DNA of 57,927 nt, from NCBI GenBank assembly GCA_964532735.1, contig CAZHKK010000003.1:1-57927 (forward strand), read 5' to 3'. The position numbers and the translations under genes were made by a program. The notes under the pieces were generated by a model. That model saw nothing but the letters and a program-made list of their open reading frames with translations, was not told the DNA's origin and did no database searches. This document shows positions 9,128 to 17,568 of the stretch, piece after piece. This DNA comes from an uncultured Gammaproteobacteria bacterium (GTDB lineage: Bacteria > Patescibacteriota > Patescibacteriia > JAGPKW01). Within the stretch, counting starts at the first letter, position 1; the number at the start of each line of letters is the position of its first letter.

Positions 9128-9553
9128 TTATATTATTTCATGAAATTTAAGTAAAGCATATATTTTTGGAAAAAATATAATCACTCCCACTATTAAAGAA
9201 TAAAAAGAAGCTAATAAAACTGCTGCGGCGGCTGAATCTTTAGATATCATAGCACCTCTATGAAATTCATGAGTATATATATTTATACTCTCTTCTATTG
9301 CTGTATTTATTAATTCAGATATAAGAACAAAAAATATTGCTGAAAATACAAACATTAACTCTGTGGCACTAATCTTAAAAAATAAAGATAAAAAACAAAC
9401 TAAAAAACCTAAAGTCATATGAGTTATAAAACTTGTATGATTTGTTACTGCCAACTTTAATCCATTAAAAGCATAACTAAATTTTTTTAATAATCTAATA
9501 AATTTATTTTTTGATTGCTCTTTATCTATTTTGGATTCTAATTCTTTATTCAT
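9128..9553 (-). CDS. dgkA: Diacylglycerol/undecaprenol kinase family membrane protein
   Basis: 141 aa, three TM segments, N-terminal amphipathic FIRLLKKFSYAFNGL motif. Confidence 0.8.
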   Translation of the reverse strand: MNKELESKIDKEQSKNKFIRLLKKFSYAFNGLKLAVTNHTSFITHMTLGFLVCFLSLFFKISATELMFVFSAIFFVLISELINTAIEESINIYTHEFHRGAMISKDSAAAAVLLASFYSLIVGVIIFFPKIYALLKFHEII

Positions 9554-9563
9554 TTTTTTATTT

Positions 9564-10946
9564 TTAAATTTTTATAAATTTATGAATTTCTCTATATACT
9601 TTTTGATCAGATCTAAAATAAAGAATATTACTAAAATCATTTTTTTGCAAATCTTTATTTAAATTTTCTAATTTTATATTTAAATTTTCTTTTATATTTA
9701 TATACTCATTAAAATTTATTTTTTTAAATTTCATTTTTAAAATATCTTCCAATATATTTAATTTAAAAAAATAAATTTTTTTATTTATCTCAAATTTAAA
9801 AACTGGGAAAATAATAACCACTTCTCCTTTGGGTTTTAATATCTTATAAAAAGAATAAAATGCTTTCTTGTATAAATCCTCTAATTCTTTTATTACTGTT
9901 TTTATTTGATATTCATTTTTTATATTTATATTATTTGGTCCAAGATATGGTTCTGTCACTATTGCATCTATAGAATTATCCTCAAAAATTTCACTTAAAT
10001 ATCTTACATCATAATTAATTAAGTTTAGATTTTTATCCTCTATTTTTATTAAATTATCTATTTTAATTTTATTATCTGTTTTATTTTTTATGTTTTTAAA
10101 TTGTATATTTTTTTTATTTAATAACCAGCTAATATTTAAGACTGAATCTTCTATAGCTTTTACAGACAGATCTGTTCCAATTATATTTTTATATTCTAAC
10201 AATATTAGTTCTTGTAACATTGTTCCACTTCCACAGAAAGGATCTAATATTAAATTTTCTTTTTTTGAATTAATTAAATTTATCATCATCTTACAAAGTT
10301 TTGGTGGTAACATACCTGAATGAGAATCTCTATTTGGTCTTCCAAAATCTCTATCTCCATAATCTTCAAAATCTTGAACAGAATAAGTTCTTCCTATAAA
10401 ATAAACCGAGTCATATTTTACTAAAACAACCTCAAAACCATTACTGTTTAATAATTTATTTTTTTTAACAGAAACTGATGATAAATTATATTCATTTGAA
10501 ATAACAAACCTACTAGCTTTATTTAATATTTTTAATTCTGATTTTATTTCTAACCCGAATTTTTTTATATCAAAAAATTTTTGATTTTTATTAAAATTAT
10601 AAAAACTTAAACCAAAAACAATTTTGTCAAAATCTGTAAAATATGAAAATAAAAATTCTGATATATTTTTTGGTTTTAAATCAAATAAGTCTGCTATAAT
10701 TTCCCCTATTTTTATAACACCCCCTAAATCGTTTATTGTTTTATTATAATTTATTTCTGAGTTTGAATTTATTTTTATAATTAAAACTTCATCATTATAT
10801 TTAAAATCAACAATTTTTAAATTTTGATTTTTAAGATAATTTAAAATTTCCAATATAGACAATTTGCTATTTTTACCCAAAACAAAAAAATACTCTCTCA
10901 AAATATTATTATCTTCTTCTGTATTTATATATATTTTATTAGACAT
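9564..10946 (-). CDS. SAM-dependent methyltransferase (UPF0020/Trm11-like, probable RNA methylase)
   Basis: Motif I LDPFCGSGT and motif IV VTEPYLG. Long N-terminal non-catalytic domain. Confidence 0.7.
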   Translation of the reverse strand: MSNKIYINTEEDNNILREYFFVLGKNSKLSILEILNYLKNQNLKIVDFKYNDEVLIIKINSNSEINYNKTINDLGGVIKIGEIIADLFDLKPKNISEFLFSYFTDFDKIVFGLSFYNFNKNQKFFDIKKFGLEIKSELKILNKASRFVISNEYNLSSVSVKKNKLLNSNGFEVVLVKYDSVYFIGRTYSVQDFEDYGDRDFGRPNRDSHSGMLPPKLCKMMINLINSKKENLILDPFCGSGTMLQELILLEYKNIIGTDLSVKAIEDSVLNISWLLNKKNIQFKNIKNKTDNKIKIDNLIKIEDKNLNLINYDVRYLSEIFEDNSIDAIVTEPYLGPNNINIKNEYQIKTVIKELEDLYKKAFYSFYKILKPKGEVVIIFPVFKFEINKKIYFFKLNILEDILKMKFKKINFNEYINIKENLNIKLENLNKDLQKNDFSNILYFRSDQKVYREIHKFIKI

Positions 10947-11109
10947 TATATATTTTTATTTTTTACTTAATTAAGTATACCTTTTTATGTTTATACTTTC
11001 AATACATTTCAATGTTCTACAAAACGTTCTACAATATATAAAACGATTAAAATATAGAAAAATAAAGAAATTAGTGTATAATACATAAATAATTAATTTA
11101 ATATAAAAT

Positions 11110-11751
11110 ATGTTTTCAATTATAGCTTCATTTTTTATGAACATTTTCTCTAAAATGGGATATATAGGCATAATTATTTTAATGACCATAGAAAGTTCTT
11201 TTATTCCATTTCCTTCTGAAATAGTTATACCCCCAGCTGCTTATTTAGCACAAAAAGGAGAAATGAATATCATATTAATTGTTTTAAGTGGTATACTTGG
11301 AAGCTTAATTGGTGCGTTGATAAATTATTTTTTATCATTAACACTTGGAAGAACTTTTATTTATTCTTTTGCAAAAACAAAATTAGCAAAAATTCTATTA
11401 ATAAATGAAGTTAATATTAAAAAATCAGAGAATATTTTCAATAAAAATGGCTCCATATCAACTTTTTTTGGTAGGCTTATACCTGGTGTTAGACAATTAA
11501 TATCAATACCTGCTGGAATAGCAAAAATGAATATTTTTAAATTTATTTTATTTACAATATTAGGTTCTTCAATATGGAATATAGTTTTAGCTTTATTGGG
11601 TTATTTTTTTGGTGCTAACAAAAATTTATTACATCAATATTACGAAGAAATTAAATTTATACTTATAATACTAGGATTTTTTATTGTTTCTTTTTTTATA
11701 TTTAAATATACTATTAAAAAGTATGAAAGTATGAAAGCAAAAAAAGAATAG
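11110..11751 (+). CDS. DedA-family membrane protein
   Basis: IESSFIPFPSEIV...GRLIPGVRQLISIPAG motifs; multiple TM helices. Confidence 0.85.
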   Translation: MFSIIASFFMNIFSKMGYIGIIILMTIESSFIPFPSEIVIPPAAYLAQKGEMNIILIVLSGILGSLIGALINYFLSLTLGRTFIYSFAKTKLAKILLINEVNIKKSENIFNKNGSISTFFGRLIPGVRQLISIPAGIAKMNIFKFILFTILGSSIWNIVLALLGYFFGANKNLLHQYYEEIKFILIILGFFIVSFFIFKYTIKKYESMKAKKE

Positions 11752-11772
11752 ATTTTATCTATTCTTTTTTTT
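11745..11772 (+). terminator. Terminator after the DedA gene
   Basis: AGAATAGA-TTTTA-TCTATTCT followed by a T-run; overlaps the stop codon. Confidence 0.55.
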
Positions 11773-12464
11773 TATAATTCTTTTACTATATCTTCAAATC
11801 CTTTATCTATTTTTGGTTTTTTTATAACTTGTATTATTTTACCAGAAACATAATAATCATCATAATCATCATAATGAATACAAATAGGAGGATAATCTTT
11901 TGTTGATTCTGAATATAAAATTATTCTTTTGTTTTTATCATCCTTAAAAAATTTTTTAATATTAGCAAATTGATCAATTGTTGATAAAACATAATCATTA
12001 TTTTCCGGTTCATTAACACTTAAATCAACAACAACATAATCCCCCTCTTCTATGTTGTTTCCATTAATATTTGACATATTCATAGAATCACCAACAGCTC
12101 TAATTACAAAAAGCCTTTTAGCGTCTTTATTTCCTATAATGTTTTTAGATATTTTTAGATATCCTTCTATATTTTCATCTGCAAAAACTGTTGCAAAACC
12201 ACAACTGGCAGAACCAACTATTGGAATAGAAATTAAATTAGAATTTACATTTCTATTTAGTCCATTATTTACTTTTATTATTTTTTTATTTATTTTATCT
12301 ATATATATAAGACCTTTTTTCTCTAATTGTAAAAGATGATGTTTAACTTTTTGTGGATATTTTTCCTCATTAATCTTTTTACCAATATCTCTTAATGTTA
12401 AACCATTAAATTCTTTTTTTTCTAATAACTTTAATATTTTTAATTGTAATTCATGCATGATCAT
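11772..12464 (-). CDS. LexA-family repressor (wHTH + S24 peptidase domain)
   Basis: N-terminal winged-helix-like region; C-terminal VGDSM (catalytic Ser) and a downstream ANIKKF Lys. Confidence 0.75.
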   Translation of the reverse strand: MIMHELQLKILKLLEKKEFNGLTLRDIGKKINEEKYPQKVKHHLLQLEKKGLIYIDKINKKIIKVNNGLNRNVNSNLISIPIVGSASCGFATVFADENIEGYLKISKNIIGNKDAKRLFVIRAVGDSMNMSNINGNNIEEGDYVVVDLSVNEPENNDYVLSTIDQFANIKKFFKDDKNKRIILYSESTKDYPPICIHYDDYDDYYVSGKIIQVIKKPKIDKGFEDIVKEL

Positions 12465-12595
12465 TAAATAATTCTTAATTTAATTAATAATTTAAAAAAG
12501 TTAAACCCGTATAACAGAAAGCAAAGGCTTTAAAATAAATTTCTCTACAAAAATATTTTAAAGCCAAAGAATCCATAAAAAAGGCTACGTTTATA

Positions 12596-12624
12596 ATTAT
12601 ATTTTAAATAAAAAATCTTGTCAA
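12596..12624 (-). promoter_or_regulatory. Consensus sigma70 promoter for the LexA-like gene
   Basis: The minus strand reads TTGACA (12624-12619), 17-nt spacer, TATAAT (12601-12596). Confidence 0.6.
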
Positions 12625-12655
12625 CATTTTTTATAAATTTTATTGACAAGATTTT
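12612..12655. promoter_or_regulatory. 13-bp perfect inverted repeat (candidate operator)
   Basis: AAAATCTTGTCAA (12612-12624), 18-nt spacer, TTGACAAGATTTT (12643-12655). The left arm covers the -35 box. Confidence 0.45.
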
Positions 12656-12705
12656 AAAAGTTGACAAATTTTATAAATTTTAAGAACTATTAAAAATATT
12701 AATTT

Positions 12706-13812
12706 TTATTTAATACTTTTATTTAATTTTTCAGATATAATGCCTCCTCCAACAACCTCTTCATTGTTATAAAAAACAACAGATTGTCCTGGTTTTACAA
12801 ATAATTGAGGGTCTTTGAATATTACTTCAACACTACTATTGCTTGGACTAATAGAACAATCTATCGTCTCAGAAGAAGATCTAATTTTACATTGAAGATT
12901 TATTTTTCTATCTAGTTTTTCTATGGACATCCAATTTAAGTTTGTAGCAATAAGACCTCTGGAATATAAATATTTTTTTGGAGCAACAATTATTGTATTT
13001 GTTTCTGAAATTATATCTAAAACATACAATATTTCTTTTGATCCTCCTAGATTAAGCCCTTTTCTCTGCCCTATAGTATAATTCACAAAACCTTTATGTT
13101 CTCCTATTATATTTCCTGAAATATCTAATATGTTTCCTTTTTTAATATTTTTTGAATCAAATAATATTGAATATTTTTCTGATTCTATAAAATCTTGACT
13201 TTCCTTTTTTAAAATTAATTCATTAAATCCTAAACTTTTTGCTAATTTTTTAATATCAGATTTTAAATATTCTCCTATTGGAAAAATTAAATTAGATAAC
13301 TGATCTTGAGTTAAATTATACAAAAAATATGTTTGATCTTTTTTTGTGTCTAAAGATTTTATTAAATGCAATCTTCCTGTTTCTTTGTTTCTACCTATTC
13401 TTACATAATGTCCAGTAGAAAAATAATCAAAATTTATACCTAATTTTTTTATCTCATCAATTAATGCACCAAATTTTATTTTAGTATTACAAGCTATACA
13501 AGGATTTGGAGTTTTTCCACATAAATAAGTATTACAAAAGTAATTTATAACATTTTCTTTGTATTGTTTTTTTAAATCTACAACATAATGTTTTATATTC
13601 ATATAATCGCAAATCTTTTTTGCATCTCTTATTGTATTAATCTCTTTTGGTCCATAGCAACCGCCATTTCCCGTTGCTGGAATATTTGAATGTTTATCAT
13701 AAATACTCATAGTTACACCCACTACTTCGTAACCTTGTTTTTGTAGTAAATATATAGAAATAGAAGAGTCTATTCCTCCACTTAAACCTAAAACAACAAC
13801 TTTTTTATTCAT
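12706..13812 (-). CDS. mnmA: tRNA-specific 2-thiouridylase MnmA
   Basis: PP-loop VLGLSGGIDSS, conserved Cys residues, 368 aa. Confidence 0.93.
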   Translation of the reverse strand: MNKKVVVLGLSGGIDSSISIYLLQKQGYEVVGVTMSIYDKHSNIPATGNGGCYGPKEINTIRDAKKICDYMNIKHYVVDLKKQYKENVINYFCNTYLCGKTPNPCIACNTKIKFGALIDEIKKLGINFDYFSTGHYVRIGRNKETGRLHLIKSLDTKKDQTYFLYNLTQDQLSNLIFPIGEYLKSDIKKLAKSLGFNELILKKESQDFIESEKYSILFDSKNIKKGNILDISGNIIGEHKGFVNYTIGQRKGLNLGGSKEILYVLDIISETNTIIVAPKKYLYSRGLIATNLNWMSIEKLDRKINLQCKIRSSSETIDCSISPSNSSVEVIFKDPQLFVKPGQSVVFYNNEEVVGGGIISEKLNKSIK

Positions 13813-13831
13813 ACTTATATTTTAATTATAT

Positions 13832-13905
13832 TGGCTCCGGGACATGGATTCGAACCATGATGACAGGTTCCAGAGACCTGTGTCCTACCATTAGACGATC
13901 CCGGA
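13832..13905 (-). tRNA. tRNA-Gln (anticodon CUG), CCA encoded
   Basis: Manual fold: acceptor UCCGGGA/UCCCGGA, anticodon stem CAGGU/ACCUG, anticodon loop CUCUGGA, T-arm CAUGG-UUCGAAU-CCAUG, discriminator G, then CCA. Confidence 0.85.
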
Positions 13906-13970
13906 AGGAATATGAGAAATTATATATCAATAACAAAGACCAATCAATAGTTGGTCTTTGTTATGTGTTG

Positions 13971-14741
13971 TTATATATTTTTTTTTATTATTTCTAATAT
14001 TTTTAAATTATCCTCATCTTTCTCTATATTTTCTTTTATTAAATCAATTGCTTCATTTTTTGAAAAACTTTTTCTATAAGGTTTTTCTGAAATAAGAGCA
14101 AAATATTTATCTAAGATTAATATTATTCTAGAAGATTTACTAGCTTTACATTTTTTCATATTAGATAAATAACATTCATTAATATTATTATTTACATCAA
14201 TACAAATATCTATTATTTGTTTTCCAAATTTTAAATTTTCCAAAACATCTTTTGTATAAAAAACTTGTTTTTCAAGAATTAATTTATCACCATCTTCTAA
14301 TATTACATTTTTATCAAATAATATTTTTGGAATTAATAATTTTCCTATGTTATGAACCTTAAATGACATTTTAAATATTTTTTCTTGAGCCATTGGGTTT
14401 CCTATATTTATAAAAGGATAATCTAGCTCTTTTAATATTCTTTCTATTAAAATATCTATATGGGAATATAAATTTATTTTTATAGAAGAATCATATATAC
14501 ATAAATATTTAAGTAAAACATTAGTTTTAAATTCTATATTTAAAAATATTTCATCAAATTTTTTTAACAATCTAAAAGGTTCATCATCTGTTTTTAAACC
14601 TACGCTATTTATTCTTTTCTCTTCTTTTTTTATTAATTCTAAGAATATATTACACAATTTATTTGTTGCATCATTTTGCAACCATTCATATTTTATTTTT
14701 ACTTTTTCTACAAAGTAATTATTTTTATTTTCTTCAAACAT
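13971..14741 (-). CDS. Degenerate HD-GYP-like domain protein
   Basis: VHNIGKLLIPKILFDK in place of HDIGK..iP..iL.K. The C-terminus LDKYFALISEKPYRK resembles DvfDALts.R.Yr. The HHE..DG.GYP segment is absent. Confidence 0.5.
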   Translation of the reverse strand: MFEENKNNYFVEKVKIKYEWLQNDATNKLCNIFLELIKKEEKRINSVGLKTDDEPFRLLKKFDEIFLNIEFKTNVLLKYLCIYDSSIKINLYSHIDILIERILKELDYPFINIGNPMAQEKIFKMSFKVHNIGKLLIPKILFDKNVILEDGDKLILEKQVFYTKDVLENLKFGKQIIDICIDVNNNINECYLSNMKKCKASKSSRIILILDKYFALISEKPYRKSFSKNEAIDLIKENIEKDEDNLKILEIIKKNI

Positions 14742-14747
14742 ATTTTT

Positions 14748-15185
14748 TTATTTATGATAAGCTCTTTTATTTAAAATCATCATAGATCTATATATTTGTT
14801 CTGTCAAAAACATTCTAGCCATTTCGTGAGTAAATGTCATTTTTGATAAGCAAATAGTTCTATATTCTTCTTTTATTTTTTTTAATAATCCATCAGAACC
14901 TCCTATAATAAAGCAAACTTCATTTTCTGTATTTTTTATTAATTCTGAAAATTCTAAAGAATTTAAATCCTTTCCTTTTTCATCCATTATAAAAACATTT
15001 TGTATTTTTTCTTCTTTTATCTTTTGAATAATATTTTCCGTATCCATATTTATCCCTTTATCTTTTAATTCTATAATATTAAAATTACAAAATGATTTTA
15101 TTCTTTTTTCTATTTCATTACAAAAAATTTTTATATTATTTTCTTTAATTTTACCTATGCAAATTATTTTTATTTTTGATACCAT
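14748..15185 (-). CDS. rlmH: 23S rRNA (pseudouridine1915-N3)-methyltransferase RlmH
   Basis: SPOUT C-terminus: IIGGSDGL...LSKMTFTHEMARMFLTEQIYR. Confidence 0.88.
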   Translation of the reverse strand: MVSKIKIICIGKIKENNIKIFCNEIEKRIKSFCNFNIIELKDKGINMDTENIIQKIKEEKIQNVFIMDEKGKDLNSLEFSELIKNTENEVCFIIGGSDGLLKKIKEEYRTICLSKMTFTHEMARMFLTEQIYRSMMILNKRAYHK

Positions 15186-15637
15186 TTTATTTCTTTTAAA
15201 CTAAATATTATAAAACCTAACACTATTAAAATATCTGCCAAATTTAATATGTTTATATTTAATATGTTTATATAATCTACGACGTAGCCGAATTTTATTC
15301 TATCAATTATATTTGAAATTGTTCCAAAAAATAATAATAAAAAATAATACGGTATAATAAATTTTTCTTTTTTTATATTTTTTAAAATAAAAAATATTGA
15401 AAATAAAAACAATATAGAAATACTTATTATTAAAGCTATTAGATTTCCTGTTGGTATAGAAAATGCTATATTTTCATTTTTAAAAAAATCAAAAAAAATT
15501 ATATTATTTACTCCAATTATTTTGTTATTAAAAAAATTATTAATTGATAAAAATTTAAAAACCCTATCAATTATAAACAAAAAAAGTCCCATAAATATAA
15601 AAATAAAATTTTTAATTATAGAACTTTTTGTTTTCAT
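15170..15637 (-). CDS. lspA: Lipoprotein signal peptidase (signal peptidase II)
   Basis: Four TM helices; NENIAFS and SNIIDRIKFGYVVDY motifs. Confidence 0.85.
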   Translation of the reverse strand: MKTKSSIIKNFIFIFMGLFLFIIDRVFKFLSINNFFNNKIIGVNNIIFFDFFKNENIAFSIPTGNLIALIISISILFLFSIFFILKNIKKEKFIIPYYFLLLFFGTISNIIDRIKFGYVVDYINILNINILNLADILIVLGFIIFSLKEIKWYQK

Positions 15638-15641
15638 AAAC

Positions 15642-16010
15642 TTATATTAAATCTTTTTCTTTTTTTATTTGACAAGAAGAACAAAGTGTAGCCTCTGGAT
15701 TAAATTCCAATCTTTTTTCTTCTATTAATTCATGACAAGCTTCACATTTACCATAAGACCCATTCTCTACTCTTTCTAAAGCTTTTTCTATATTTTTTAA
15801 TTCTAAATTTAACGCACTTAATAAAGATTCATTTTGCATTCCATCTTCTATTTCATCAGAATTTTCTTCATCAGAATTTCCATATTCTTCATGTATAACT
15901 TCATATTCTCCTTCTTGATTTTTTTGTGCAAATTTAGATATATGAGAAGCTATTTGCCCCTTTCTATTTAACAAAATTTCTTTAAATTTTTGAATTAAAT
16001 CTTTTGTCAT
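15642..16010 (-). CDS. DksA/TraR-family C4 zinc-finger protein
   Basis: CEACHELIEEKRLEFNPEATLCSSC four-Cys finger after a coiled-coil region. Confidence 0.8.
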   Translation of the reverse strand: MTKDLIQKFKEILLNRKGQIASHISKFAQKNQEGEYEVIHEEYGNSDEENSDEIEDGMQNESLLSALNLELKNIEKALERVENGSYGKCEACHELIEEKRLEFNPEATLCSSCQIKKEKDLI

Positions 16011-16077
16011 TTTTTTGCTTTAGTTATTAAATTTTCAATATTTTACCAGTTTAAAAACATTAAGTAAATAGTTTTAT

Positions 16078-17466
16078 TTATTTAATAATTATATTTAATT
16101 TATTTTGTTTTATTTTAGCCAAAATATTTATTTTTAAATTTTTAATAATAAATGAATATTCAGTGAATTTATTATTCAAACTACTAATCATTTCTTTTTT
16201 ATTAGAAATTAACAATATCCCATCTTTATTTATTAGAGAATAATATAACTCAAAATCTTTATTTTTTAAAAATTTTATATCGTATTCTATGTTTTTATTA
16301 TTTGATTTTTCTGTTTTAAATTTTAAATTTTCATAATCTAAAAATTCTTCTTTTGCTAATGTTCCATCCGGTAAAAAAATATTTTCTGTCTTTATGTTGT
16401 CCAGTGAAAATTTTTTTAAAAAAATATTTTCCATTCTTTTAATGTCGTCTATATAGTTATTTAAATTATCCAATTTTATTAAAAATAAGAAGCTGCTTAT
16501 ATTGTTTAAATTAATATTTGAATCTTTTAGATTAATAAACAAACTACAATTATTAGAAAATATTCTTTCTATTGTTTTATTATCAAAACCATCTTCTGTT
16601 AAATTTTTTAATAAATAGTTTAGGTTTTCACTAGAATTTAAATTTTTATCTTTATAATTATTAAAAAAACTATTTAATAAATTAAAAATATTAAAATCAT
16701 TTATAATTACATGATTATCTTTTAAATAATCTACACTATAATTGTTAGAAAAATAATTATTATTATTTTTTAAGTTTGATAAAGATAAATCAAAATTTCC
16801 ATTTACAATTTTTAAATTTAATAAAGAATAATCCTTTGTAAAATAATCATAAAAAGATTTTTTTGTTAAAATTTGTATTTGATTATTTATATAACCTGAA
16901 TCAACAAATGTTTTTATTAAATTTTTGTTTATTATAAAATCAAACTCTTTTTCTAATATAATTTTTTTATAAACATTAAAAAAGAAAATATACTTTTTTT
17001 TAACTAAATCTTTTGGGTTTTTATTGTTTGTTAAAATAACAAAATTATCAAGATTGTAACTTTCTAATTCTATATTTAAATTTAAATAATTATTTATATC
17101 TTTTGATATTTTTTTATAATTTATAATGTATGGATTTTTTATAAAAAATTTCTTTTTCAAGATAATATAAAAATTATTATCATTTGTAACAAAAAAACTA
17201 ATTTTATTTATATAGTCTTTTTTGATATTTTTAAATTCTTTATTTTCTAATATTTTATTTACATTAATATTTCTTAAACTAAATATTTTATCTACATCCT
17301 GTTGCTTAAATTTTTGGTTTATATTTATTAAAGAATAAATTTTTGTATTTTCTGGAGCTAACTTTATAAATGGATCATTGTAAAAAACAAAAAACCAAAA
17401 ACAAACCATCAAAAATAAAGTGATTACTATAAATATAAAAATTTTTAAATTTTTAAATTTTTTCAT
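16078..17466 (-). CDS. Hypothetical membrane-anchored, Asn-rich protein (462 aa)
   Basis: N-terminal TM helix. No recognisable catalytic motif. Confidence 0.55.
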   Translation of the reverse strand: MKKFKNLKIFIFIVITLFLMVCFWFFVFYNDPFIKLAPENTKIYSLININQKFKQQDVDKIFSLRNINVNKILENKEFKNIKKDYINKISFFVTNDNNFYIILKKKFFIKNPYIINYKKISKDINNYLNLNIELESYNLDNFVILTNNKNPKDLVKKKYIFFFNVYKKIILEKEFDFIINKNLIKTFVDSGYINNQIQILTKKSFYDYFTKDYSLLNLKIVNGNFDLSLSNLKNNNNYFSNNYSVDYLKDNHVIINDFNIFNLLNSFFNNYKDKNLNSSENLNYLLKNLTEDGFDNKTIERIFSNNCSLFINLKDSNINLNNISSFLFLIKLDNLNNYIDDIKRMENIFLKKFSLDNIKTENIFLPDGTLAKEEFLDYENLKFKTEKSNNKNIEYDIKFLKNKDFELYYSLINKDGILLISNKKEMISSLNNKFTEYSFIIKNLKINILAKIKQNKLNIIIK

Positions 17467-17521
17467 TTTTTGTATTAATTTATATTAACTTATTATATAT
17501 TATTTTTTAATATTTTTAAAC

Positions 17522-17554
17522 ATAAAACACATCAATATACTTGATGTGTTTTAT
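17522..17554 (-). terminator. Terminator after pnp
   Basis: AAAACACATCAA-TATAC-TTGATGTGTTTT perfect 12-bp stem. Confidence 0.6.
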
Positions 17555-17568
17555 TTATAATATGGTCT

